From NCBI GenBank assembly GCA_964057225.1, contig CAXKVF010000079.1, forward strand, positions 372,001-436,000: DNA of 64,000 nt, in the 5' to 3' direction. Of the stretch, positions 13,241 through 26,836 are shown piece by piece. The notes beneath the pieces were generated by a model, which had not been told where the DNA came from, ran no database searches, and saw only the letters and a list, made by a program, of their open reading frames with translations. Source of the stretch: Auanema rhodensis (Eukaryota; Animalia; Nematoda). Made by a program: the position numbers and the translations under genes. The first letter of the stretch is position 1. Every line of letters begins with the position of its first letter.

Positions 13241-16200
13241 CATGGTAACCATGACTTTGAAATTTACGTGAACTTTAATTTATGCTGATTAAATGTACAC
13301 GTGATGTGCACTTGGTATGTAACTCGCTTCACGTGAAAGATAAAGAGATGCGGTTTTCGAAATTAGATTCCCCATGTCCATATTAGTCTAAAAACAACTT
13401 TTTATTGATATTGGTGCATGGTAACCTTGACTTTGAAATTTACGTGAAATTTAATTTATGCTAATTAAATGTACACGTGATGTGCACTTGGTATGTAACT
13501 CGCTTCACGTGAAAGATAAAGAGATGAGGTTTTCAAAATTAGATTCCCCATGTCCATATTAGTCTAAAAACAAATTTTTATTGATATTGGTGCATGGTAA
13601 CCATGACTTTGAAATTTACGTGAACTTTAATTTATGCTAATTAAATGTACACGTGATGTGCACTTGGTATGTAACTCGATTCACGTGAAAGATAAAGAGA
13701 TGCGGTTTACAAAATTAGATTCCCCATGTCCATATTAGTCTAAAAACAAATTTTTATTGATATTGGTTCATGGTAACCATGACTTTGAAATTTACGTGAA
13801 CTTTAATTTATGCTGATTAAATGTACACGTGATGTGCACTTGGTATGTAACTCGCTTCACGTGAAAGATAAAGAGATGCGGTTTTCAAAATTAGATTCCC
13901 CATGTCCATATTAGTCTAAAAACAACTTTTTATTGATATTGGTGCATGGTAACCTTGACTTTGAAATTTACGTGAACTTTAATTCATGCTAATTAAATGT
14001 ACACGTGATGTGCACTTGGTATGTAACTCGCTTCACGTGAAAGATAAAGAGATGCGGTTTTCAAAATTAGATTCTTCATGTCCATATTAGTCTAAAAACA
14101 AATTTTTATTGATATTGGTGCATGGTAACCATGACTTTGAAATTTACGTGAACTTTAATTCATGCTAATTAAATGTACACGTGATGTGCACTTGGTATGT
14201 AACTCGCTTCACGTAAAAGATAAAGAGATGCGGTTTTCAAAATTAGATTCCCCATGTCCATATTAGTCTAAAAACAAATTTTTATTGATATTGGTGCATG
14301 GTAACCATGACTTTGAAATTTACGTGAACTTTAATTCATGCTAATTAAATGTACACGTGATGTGCACTTGGTATGTAACTCGCTTCACGTGAAAGATAAA
14401 GAGATGCGGTTTTCAAAATTATATTCCCCATGTCCATATTAGTCTAAAAACAAATTTTTATTGATATTGGTTCATGGTAACCATGTCTTTGAAATTTACG
14501 TGAACTTTAATTTATGCTAATTAAATGTACACGTGATGTGCACTTGGTATGTAACTCGCTTCATGTGAAAGATAAAGAGATGCGGTTTTCAAAATTAGAT
14601 TCCCCATGTCCATATTAGTCTAAAAACAAATTTTTATTGATATTGGTGCATGGTAACCATGACTTTGAAATTTACGTGAACTTTAATTTATGCTAATTAA
14701 ATGTACACGTGATGTGCACTTGGTATGTAACTCGCTTCATGTGAAAGATAAAGAGATGCGGTTTTCAAAATTAGATTCCCCATGTCCATATTAGTCTAAA
14801 AACAAATTTTTATTGATATTGGTGCATGGTAACCATGACTTTGAAATTTACGTGAACTTTAATTTATGCTAATTAAATGTACACGTGATGTGCACTTGGT
14901 ATGTAACTCGCTTCACGTGAAAGATAAAGAGATGCGGTTTTCAAAATTAGATTCCCCATGTCCATATTAGTCTAAAAACAAATTTTTATTGATATTGGTG
15001 CATGGTAACCATGACTTTGAAATTTACGTGAACTTTAATTTATGCTGATTAAATGTACACGTGATGTGCACTTGGTATGTAACTCGCTTCACGTGAAAGA
15101 TAAAGAGATGCGGTTTTCGAAATTAGATTCCCCATGTCCATATTAGTCTAAAAACAACTTTTTATTGATATTGGTGCATGGTAACCTTGACTTTGAAATT
15201 TACGTGAAATTTAATTTATGCTAATTAAATGTACACGTGATGTGCACTTGGTATGTAACTCGCTTCACGTGAAAGATAAAGAGATGAGGTTTTCAAAATT
15301 AGATTCCCCATGTCCATATTAGTCTAAAAACAAATTTTTATTGATATTGGTGCATGGTAACCATGACTTTGAAATTTACGTGAACTTTAATTTATGCTAA
15401 TTAAATGTACACGTGATGTGCACTTGGTATGTAACTCGATTCACGTGAAAGAAAAAGAGATGCGGTTTACAAAATTAGATTCCCCATGTCCATATTAGTC
15501 TAAAAACAAATTTTTATTGATATTGGTTCATGGTAACCATGACTTTGAAATTTACGTGAACTTTAATTTATGCTGATTAAATGTACACGTGATGTGCACT
15601 TGGTATGTAACTCGCTTCACGTGAAAGATAAAGAGATGCGGTTTTCAAAATTAGATTCCCCATGTCCATATTAGTCTAAAAACAACTTTTTATTGATATT
15701 GGTGCATGGTAACCTTGACTTTGAAATTTACGTGAACTTTAATTCATGCTAATTAAATGTACACGTGATGTGCACTTGGTATGTAACTCGCTTCACGTGA
15801 AAGATAAAGAGATGCGGTTTTCAAAATTAGATTCTTCATGTCCATATTAGTCTAAAAACAAATTTTTATTGATATTGGTGCATGGTAACCATGACTTTGA
15901 AATTTACGTGAACTTTAATTCATGCTAATTAAATGTACACGTGATGTGCACTTGGTATGTAACTCGCTTCACGTAAAAGATAAAGAGATGCGGTTTTCAA
16001 AATTAGATTCCCCATGTCCATATTAGTCTAAAAACAAATTTTTATTGATATTGGTGCATGGTAACCATGACTTTGAAATTTACGTGAACTTTAATTCATG
16101 CTAATTAAATGTACACGTGATGTGCACTTGGTATGTAACTCGCTTCACGTGAAAGATAAAGAGATGCGGTTTTCAAAATTATATTCCCCATGTCCATATT

Positions 16201-16760
16201 AGTCTAAAAACAAATTTTTATTGATATTGGTTCATGGTAACCATGTCTTTGAAATTTACGTGAACTTTAATTTATGCTAATTAAATGTACACGTGATGTG
16301 CACTTGGTATGTAACTCGCTTCATGTGAAAGATAAAGAGATGCGGTTTTCAAAATTAGATTCCCCATGTCCATATTAGTCTAAAAACAAATTTTTATTGA
16401 TATTGGTGCATGGTAACCATGACTTTGAAATTTACGTGAACTTTAATTTATGCTAATTAAATGTACACGTGATGTGCACTTGGTATGTAACTCGCTTCAT
16501 GTGAAAGATAAAGAGATGCGGTTTTCAAAATTAGATTCCCCATGTCCATATTAGTCTAAAAACAAATTTTTATTGATATTGGTGCATGGTAACCATGACT
16601 TTGAAATTTACGTGAACTTTAATTTATGCTAATTAAATGTACACGTGATGTGCACTTGGTATGTAACTCGCTTCACGTGAAAGATAAAGAGATGCGGTTT
16701 TCAAAATTAGATTCCCCATGTCCATATTAGTCTAAAAACAAATTTTTATTGATATTGGTG
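13241..16760 (+). repeat. Local higher-order duplication, 10-mer (1760 bp) x2
   Basis: TATGCTGATT (13281/15041), TTTTCGA (13359/15119), ATTCTTC (14071/15831) and ATATTCCC (14421/16181) are all offset by 1760. One difference was seen (GAAAAAG at ~15453). Confidence 0.9.
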
Positions 16761-18129
16761 CATGGTAACCATGACTTTGAAATTTACGTGAACTTTAATT
16801 CATGCTAATTAAATGTACACGTGATGTGCACTTGGTATGTAACTCGCTTCACGTGAAAGATAAAGAGATGCGGTTTTCAAAATTATATTCCCCATGTCCA
16901 TATTAGTCTAAAAACAAATTTTTATTGATATTGGTTCATGGTAACCATGTCTTTGAAATTTACGTGAACTTTAATTTATGCTAATTAAATGTACACGTGA
17001 TGTGCACTTGGTATGTAACTCGCTTCATGTGAAAGATAAAGAGATGCGGTTTTCAAAATTAGATTCCCCATGTCCATATTAGTCTAAAAACAAATTTTTA
17101 TTGATATTGGTGCATGGTAACCATGACTTTGAAATTTACGTGAACTTTAATTTATGCTAATTAAATGTACACGTGATGTGCACTTGGTATGTAACTCGCT
17201 TCACGTGAAAGATAAAGAGATGCGGTTTTCAAAATTAGATTCCCCATGTCCATATTAGTCTAAAAACAAATTTTTATTGATATTGGTGCATGGTAACCAT
17301 GACTTTGAAATTTACGTGAACTTTAATTTATGCTAATTAAATGTACACGTGATGTGCACTTGGTATGTAACTCGCTTCACGTGAAAGATAAAGAGATGCG
17401 GTTTTCAAAATTAGATTCCCCATGTCCATATTAGTCTAAAAACAAATTTTTATTGATATTGGTGCATGGTAACCATGACTTTGAATTTTACGTGAACTTT
17501 AATTTATGCTAATTAAATGTACACGTGATGTGCACTTGGTATGTAACTCGCTTCACGTGAAAGATAAAGAGATGCGGTTTTCAAAATTAGATTCCCCATG
17601 TCCATATTAGTCTAAAAACAAATTTTTATTGATATTGGTTCATGGTAACCATGTCTTTGAAATTTACGTGAACTTTAATTTATGCTAATTAAATGTACAC
17701 GTGATGTGCACTTGGTATGTAACTCGCTTCATGTGAAAGATAAAGAGATGCGGTTTTCAAAATTAGATTCCCCATGTCCATATTAGTCTGAAAACAAATT
17801 TTTATTGATATTGGTACATGGTAACCTTGACTTTGAAATTTACGTGAACTTTAATTCATGCTAATTAAATGTACACGTGATGTGCACTTGGTATGTAACT
17901 CGCTTCACGTAAAAGAGAAAGAGATGCGGTTTTCAAAATTAGATTCCCCATGTCCATATTAGTCTAAAAACAAATTTTTATTGATATTGGTTCATGGTAA
18001 CCATGTCTTTGAAATTTACGTGAACTTTAATTTATGCTAATTAAATGTACACGTGATGTGCACTTGGTATGTAACTCGCTTCACGTGAAAGATAAAGAGA
18101 TGCGGTTTTCAAAATTAGATTCCCCATGT

Positions 18130-20500
18130 CCATATTAGTCTGAAAACAAATTTTTATTGATATTAGTGCATGGTAACCTTGACTTTGAAATTTACGTGAA
18201 CTTTAATTCATGCTAATTAAATGTACACGTGATGTGCACTTGGTATGTAACTCGCTTCACGTAAAAGATAAAGAGATGCGGTTTTCAAAATTAGATTCCC
18301 CAAGTCCATATTAGTCTAAAAACAAATTTTTATTGATATTGGTGCATGGTAACCATGACTTTGAAATTTACGTGAACTTTAATTTATGCTAATTAAATGT
18401 ACACGTGATGTGCACTTGGTATGTAACTCGCTTCACGTGAAAGATAAAGAGATGCGGTTTTCAAAATTAGATTCCCCATGTCCATATTAGTCTAAAAACA
18501 AATTTTTATTGATATTGGTTCATGGTAACCATGACTTTGAAATTTACGTGAACTTTAATTTATGCTAATTAAATGTACACGTGATGTGCACTTGGTATGT
18601 AACTCGCTTCACGTGAAAGATAAAGAGATGCGGTTTTCAAAATTAGATTCCCCATGTCCATATTAGTCTAAAAACAAATTTTTATTGATATTGGTGCATG
18701 GTAACCATGACTTTGAAATTTACGTGAACTTTAATTCATGCTAATTAAATGTACACGTGATGTGCACTTGGTATGTAACTCGCTTCACGTGAAAGATAAA
18801 GAGATGCGGTTTTCAAAATTAGATTCCCCATGTCCATATTAGTCTAAAAACAAATTTTTATTGATATTGGTTCATGGTAACCATGTCTTTGAAATTTACG
18901 TGAACTTTAGTTTATGCTAATTAAATGTACACGTGGTGTGCACTTGGTATGTAACTCGCTTCACGTGAAAGATAAAGAGATGCGGTTTTCAAAATTAGAT
19001 TCCCCATGTCCATATTAGTCTAAAAACAAATTTTTATTGATATTGGTTCATGGTAACCATGACTTTGAAATTTACGTGAACTTTAATTTATGCTAATTAA
19101 ATGTACACGTGATGTGCACTTGGTATGTAACTCGCTTCACGTGAAAGATAAAGAGATGCGGTTTTCAAAATTAGATTCCCCATGTCCATATTAGTCTAAA
19201 AACAAATTTTTATTGATATTGGTTCATGGTAACCATGTCTTTGAAATTTACGTGAACTTTAATTTATGCTAATTAAATGTACACGTGATGTGCACTTGGT
19301 ATGTAACTCGCTTCACGTGAAAGATAAAGAGATGCGGTTTTCAAAATTAGATTCCCCATGTCCATATTAGTCTGAAAACAAATGTTTATTGATATTGGTG
19401 CATGGTAACCTTGACTTTGAAATTTACGTGAACTTTAATTCATGCTAATTAAATGTACACGTGATGTGCACTTGGTATGTAACTCGCTTCACGTAAAAGA
19501 TAAAGAGATGCGGTTTTCAAAATTAGATTCCCCAAGTCCATATTAGTCTAAAAACAAATTTTTATTGATATTGGTGCATGGTAACCATGACTTTGAAATT
19601 TACGTGAACTTTAATTTATGCTAATTAAATGTACACGTGATGTGCACTTGGTATGTAACTCGCTTCACGTGAAAGATAAAGAGATGCGGTTTTCAAAATT
19701 AGATTCCCCATGTCCATATTAGTCTAAAAACAAATTTTTATTGATATTGGTTCATGGTAACCATGACTTTGAAATTTACGTGAACTTTAATTTATGCTAA
19801 TTAAATGTACACGTGATGTGCACTTGGTATGTAACTCGCTTCACGTGAAAGATAAAGAGATGCGGTTTTCAAAATTAGATTCCCCATGTCCATATTAGTC
19901 TAAAAACAAATTTTTATTGATATTGGTGCATGGTAACCATGACTTTGAAATTTACGTGAACTTTAATTCATGCTAATTAAATGTACACGTGATGTGCACT
20001 TGGTATGTAACTCGCTTCACGTGAAAGATAAAGAGATGCGGTTTTCAAAATTAGATTCCCCATGTCCATATTAGTCTAAAAACAAATTTTTATTGATATT
20101 GGTTCATGGTAACCATGTCTTTGAAATTTACGTGAACTTTAGTTTATGCTAATTAAATGTACACGTGGTGTGCACTTGGTATGTAACTCGCTTCACGTGA
20201 AAGATAAAGAGATGCGGTTTTCAAAATTAGATTCCCCATGTCCATATTAGTCTAAAAACAAATTTTTATTGATATTGGTTCATGGTAACCATGACTTTGA
20301 AATTTACGTGAACTTTAATTTATGCTAATTAAATGTACACGTGATGTGCACTTGGTATGTAACTCGCTTCACGTGAAAGATAAAGAGATGCGGTTTTCAA
20401 AATTAGATTCCCCATGTCCATATTAGTCTAAAAACAAATTTTTATTGATATTGGTTCATGGTAACCATGACTTTGAAATTTACGTGAACTTTAGTTTATG
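18130..20500 (+). repeat. Local higher-order duplication, 7-mer (1232 bp)
   Basis: CCCAAGTCC (18303/19535), CTGAAAAC and CCTTGA variants recur at +1232. Boundaries are approximate. Confidence 0.75.
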
Positions 20501-23500
20501 CTAATTAAATGTACACGTGGTGTGCACTTGGTATGTAACTCGCTTCACGTGAAAGATAAAGAGATGCGGTTTTCAAAATTAGATTCCCCATGTCCATATT
20601 AGTCTAAAAACAAATTTTTATTGATATTGGTGCATGGTAACCATGACTTTGAAATTTACGTGAACTTTAATTTATGCTAATTAAATGTACACGTGATGTG
20701 CACTTGGTATGTAACTCGCTTCACGTGAAAGATAAAGAGATGCGGTTTTCAAAATTAGATTCCCCATGTCCATATTAGTCTGAAAACAAATTTTTATTGA
20801 TATTGGTGCATGGTAACCTTGACTTTGAAATTTACGTGAACTTTAATTCATGCTAATTAAATGTACACGTGATGTGCACTTGGTATGTAACTCGCTTCAC
20901 GTAAAAGATAAAGAGATGCGGTTTTCAAAATTAGATTCCCCATGTCCATATTAGTCTAAAAACAAATTTTTATTGATATTGGTTCATGGTAACCATGACT
21001 TTGAAATTTACGTGAACTTTAATTTATGCTGATTAAATGTACACGTGATGTGCACTTGGTATGTAACTCGCTTCACGTGAAAGATAAAGAGATGCGGTTT
21101 TCAAAATTAGATTCCCCATGTCCATATTAGTCTAAAAACAACTTTTTATTGATATTGGTGCATGGTAACCTTGACTTTGAAATTTACGTGAAATTTAATT
21201 TATGCTAATTAAATGTACACGTGATGTGCACTTGGTATGTAACTCGCTTCACGTGAAAGATAAAGAGATGAGGTTTTCAAAATTAGATTCCCCATGTCCA
21301 TATTAGTCTAAAAACAAATTTTTATTGATATTGGTTCATGGTAACCATGACTTTGAAATTTACGTGAACTTTAATTTATGCTAATTAAATGTACACGTGA
21401 TGTGCACTTGGTATGTAACTCGCTTCACGTGAAAGATAAAGAGATGCGGTTTTCAAAATTAGATTCCCCATGTCCATATTAGTCTAAAAACAAATTTTTA
21501 TTGATATTGGTGCATGGTAACCATGACTTTGAAATTTACGTGAACTTTAATTCATGCTAATTAAATGTACACGTGATGTGCACTTGGTATGTAACTCGCT
21601 TCACGTGAAAGATAAAGAGATGCGGTTTTCAAAATTAGATTCCCCATGTCCATATTAGTCTAAAAACAAATTTTTATTGATATTGGTTCATGGTAACCAT
21701 GTCTTTGAAATTTACGTGAACTTTAGTTTATGCTAATTAAATGTACACGTGGTGTGCACTTGGTATGTAACTCGCTTCACGTGAAAGATAAAGAGATGCA
21801 GTTTTCAAAATTAGATTCCCCATGTCCATATTAGTCTAAAAACGAATTTTTATTGATATTGGTGCATGGTAACCATGACTTTGAAATTTACGTGAACTTT
21901 AATTCATGCTAATTAAATGTACACGTGATGTGCACTTGGTATGTAACTCGCTTCACGTGAAAGATAAAGAGATGCGGTTTTCAAAATTAGATTCCCCATG
22001 TCCATATTAGTCTAAAAACAAATTTTTATTGATATTGGTTCATGGTAACCATGTCTTTGAAATTTACGTGAACTTTAGTTTATGCTAATTAAATGTACAC
22101 GTGGTGTGCACTTGGTATGTAACTCGCTTCACGTGAAAGATAAAGAGATGCAGTTTTCAAAATTAGATTCCCCATGTCCATATTAGTCTAAAAACGAATT
22201 TTTATTGATATTGGTGCATGGTAACCATGACTTTGAAATTTACGTGAACTTTAGTTTATGCTAATTAAATGTACACGTGGTGTGCACTTGGTATGTAACT
22301 CGCTTCACGTGAAAGATAAAGAGATGCGGTTTTCAAAATTAGATTCCCCATGTCCATATTAGTCTAAAAACAAATTTTTATTGATATTGGTTCATGGTAA
22401 CCATGACTTTGAAATTTACGTGAACTTTAGTTTATGCTAATTAAATGTACACGTGGTGTGCACTTGGTATGTAACTCGCTTCACGTGAAAGATAAAGAGA
22501 TGCGGTTTTCAAAATTAGATTCCCCATGTCCATATTAGTCTAAAAACAAATTTTTATTGATATTGGTGCATGGTAACCATGACTTTGAAATTTACGTGAA
22601 CTTTAATTTATGCTAATTAAATGTACACGTGATGTGCACTTGGTATGTAACTCGCTTCACGTGAAAGATAAAGAGATGCGGTTTTCAAAATTAGATTCCT
22701 TATGTCCATATTAGTCCAAAAACAAATTTTTATTGATATTGGTTCATGGTAACCATGACTTTGAAATTTACGTGAACTTTAATTTATGCTAATTAAATGT
22801 ACACGTGATGTGCACTTGGTATGTAACTCGCTTCACGTGAAAGATAAAGAGATGCGGTTTTCAAAATTAGATTCCCCATGTCCATATTAGTCTAAAAACA
22901 AATTTTTATTGATATTGGTTCATGGTAACCATGTCTTTGAAATTTACGTGAAATTTAATTTATGCTAATTAAATGTACACGTGATGTGCACTTGGTATGT
23001 AACTCGCTTCACGTGCAAGATAAAGAGATGAGGTTTTCAAAATTAGATTCCCCATGTCCATATTAGTCTAAAAACAAATTTTTATTGATATTGGTGCATG
23101 GTAACCATGACTTTGAAATTTACGTGAACTTTAATTTATGCTAATTAAATGTACACGTGATGTGCACTTGGTATGTAACTCGATTCACGTGAAAGATAAA
23201 GAGATGCGGTTTACAAAATTAGATTCCCCATGTCCATATTAGTCTAAAAACAAATTTTTATTGATATTGGTTCATGGTAACCATGACTTTGAAATTTACG
23301 TGAACTTTAATTTATGCTGATTAAATGTACACGTGATGTGCACTTGGTATGTAACTCGCTTCACGTGAAAGATAAAGAGATGCGGTTTTCAAAATTAGAT
23401 TCCCCATGTCCATATTAGTCTAAAAACAACTTTTTATTGATATTGGTGCATGGTAACCTTGACTTTGAAATTTACGTGAAATTTAATTTATGCTAATTAA

Positions 23501-26500
23501 ATCTACACGTGATGTGCACTTGGTATGTAACTCGCTTCACGTGAAAGATAAAGAGATGAGGTTTTCAAAATTAGATTCCCCATGTCCATATTAGTCTAAA
23601 AACAAATTTTTATTGATATTGGTGCATGGTAACCATGACTTTGAAATTTACGTGAACTTTAATTTATGCTAATTAAATGTACACGTGATGTGCACTTGGT
23701 ATGTAACTCGATTCACGTGAAAGATAAAGAGATGCGGTTTACAAAATTAGATTCCCCATGTCCATATTAGTCTAAAAACAAATTTTTATTGATATTGGTT
23801 CATGGTAACCATGACTTTGAAATTTACGTGAACTTTAATTTATGCTGATTAAATGTACACGTGATGTGCACTTGGTATGTAACTCGCTTCACGTGAAAGA
23901 TAAAGAGATGCGGTTTTCAAAATTAGATTCCCCATGTCCATATTAGTCTAAAAACAACTTTTTATTGATATTGGTGCATGGTAACCTTGACTTTGAAATT
24001 TACGTGAACTTTAATTCATGCTAATTAAATGTACACGTGATGTGCACTTGGTATGTAACTCGCTTCACGTGAAAGATAAAGAGATGCGGTTTTCAAAATT
24101 AGATTCTTCATGTCCATATTAGTCTAAAAACAAATTTTTATTGATATTGGTGCATGGTAACCATGACTTTGAAATTTACGTGAACTTTAATTCATGCTAA
24201 TTAAATGTACACGTGATGTGCACTTGGTATGTAACTCGCTTCACGTAAAAGATAAAGAGATGCGGTTTTCAAAATTAGATTCCCCATGTCCATATTAGTC
24301 TAAAAACAAATTTTTATTGATATTGGTGCATGGTAACCATGACTTTGAAATTTACGTGAACTTTAATTCATGCTAATTAAATGTACACGTGATGTGCACT
24401 TGGTATGTAACTCGCTTCACGTGAAAGATAAAGAGATGCGGTTTTCAAAATTATATTCCCCATGTCCATATTAGTCTAAAAACAAATTTTTTTTGATATT
24501 GGTTCATGGTAACCATGTCTTTGAAATTTACGTGAACTTTAATTTATGCTAATTAAATGTACACGTGATGTGCACTTGGTATGTAACTCGCTTCATGTGA
24601 AAGATAAAGAGATGCGGTTTTCAAAATTAGATTCCCCATGTCCATATTAGTCTAAAAACAAATTTTTATTGATATTGGTGCATGGTAACCATGACTTTGA
24701 AATTTACGTGAACTTTAATTTATGCTAATTAAATGTACACGTGATGTGCACTTGGTATGTAACTCGCTTCACGTGAAAGATAAAGAGATGCGGTTTTCAA
24801 AATTAGATTCCCCATGTCCATATTAGTCTAAAAACAAATTTTTATTGATATTGGTGCATGGTAACCATGACTTTGAAATTTACGTGAACTTTAATTTATG
24901 CTAATTAAATGTACACGTGATGTGCACTTGGTATGTAACTCGCTTCACGTGAAAGATAAAGAGATGCGGTTTTCAAAATTAGATTCCCCATGTCCATATT
25001 AGTCTAAAAACAAATTTTTATTGATATTGGTGCATGGTAACCATGACTTTGAATTTTACGTGAACTTTAATTTATGCTAATTAAATGTACACGTGATGTG
25101 CACTTGGTATGTAACTCGCTTCACGTGAAAGATAAAGAGATGCGGTTTTCAAAATTAGATTCCCCATGTCCATATTAGTCTAAAAACAAATTTTTATTGA
25201 TATTGGTTCATGGTAACCATGTCTTTGAAATTTACGTGAACTTTAATTTATGCTAATTAAATGTACACGTGATGTGCACTTGGTATGTAACTCGCTTCAT
25301 GTGAAAGATAAAGAGATGCGGTTTTCAAAATTAGATTCCCCATGTCCATATTAGTCTAAAAACAAATTTTTATTGATATTGGTGCATGGTAACCATGACT
25401 TTGAAATTTACGTGAACTTTAATTTATGCTAATTAAATGTACACGTGATGTGCACTTGGTATGTAACTCGCTTCACGTGAAAGATAAAGAGATGCGGTTT
25501 TCAAAATTAGATTCCCCATGTCCATATTAGTCTAAAAACAAATTTTTATTGATATTGGTGCATGGTAACCATGACTTTGAAATTTACGTGAACTTTAATT
25601 TATGCTAATTAAATGTACACGTGATGTGCACTTGGTATGTGACTCGCTTCACGTGAAAGATAAAGAGATGCGGTTTTCAAAATTAGATTCCCCATGTCCA
25701 TATTAGTCTAAAAACAAATTTTTATTGATATTGGTTCATGGTAACCATGTCTTTGAAATTTACGTGAACTTTAATTTATGCTAATTAAATGTACACGTGA
25801 TGTGCACTTGGTATGTAACTCGCTTCACGTGAAAGATAAAGAGATGCGGTTTTCAAAAATAGATTCCCCATGTCCATATTAGTCTAAATACAAATTTTTA
25901 TTGATATTGGTGCATGGTAACCATGACTTTGAAATTTACGTGAACTTTAATTTATGCTAATTAAATGTACACGTGATGTGCACTTGGTATGTAACTCGCT
26001 TCACGTGAAAGATAAAGAGATGCGGTTTTCAAAATTAGATTCCCCATGTCCATATTAGTCTAAAAACAAATTTTTATTGATATTGGTGCATGGTAACCTT
26101 GACTTTGAAATTTACGTGAACTTTAATTCATGCTAATTAAATGTACACGTGATGTGCACTTGGTATGTAACTCGCTTCACGTAAAAGATAAAGAGATGCG
26201 GTTTTCAAAATTAGATTCCCCATGTCCATATTAGTCTAAATACAAATTTTTATTGATATTGGTGCATGGTAACCATGACTTTGAAATTTACGTGAACTTT
26301 AATTTATGCTAATTAAATGTACACGTGATGTGCACTTGGTATGTAACTCGCTTCACGTGAAAGATAAAGAGATGCGGTTTTCAAAATTAGATTCCCCATG
26401 TCCATATTAGTCTAAAAACAAATTTTTATTGATATTGGTTCATGGTAACCATGACTTTGAAATTTACGTGAACTTTAATTTATGCTAATTAAATGTACAC

Positions 26501-26751
26501 GTGATGTGCACTTGGTATGTAACTCGCTTCACGTGAAAGATAAAGAGATGCGGTTTTCAAAATTAGATTCCCCATGTCCATATTAGTCTAAAAACAAATT
26601 TTTATTGATATTGGTGCATGGTAACCATGACTTTGAAATTTACGTGAACTTTAATTTATGCTAATTAAATGTACACGTGATGTGCACTTGGTATGTAACT
26701 CGCTTCACGTGAAAGATAAAGAGATGCGGTTTTCAAAATTAGATTCCTTAT

Positions 26752-26836
26752 AATGTACACGTGGTGTGCACTTGGTATGTAACTCGCTTCACGTGAAAGA
26801 TAAAGAGATGCGGTTTTCAAAATTAGATTCCCCATG
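26752..26836 (+). other. Truncated monomer: 92-bp deletion / out-of-register junction
   Basis: The sequence reads ...AGATTCCTTAT|AATGTACACGTGG..., joining monomer position 175 (26751) directly to position 92 (26752). The next monomer starts at 26837 rather than 26929. Confidence 0.95.

Noticed and set aside
26740-26770. Transposon insertion or excision footprint at the register break
   Set aside because: There is no foreign sequence, target-site duplication or terminal repeat. Both sides are pure satellite.
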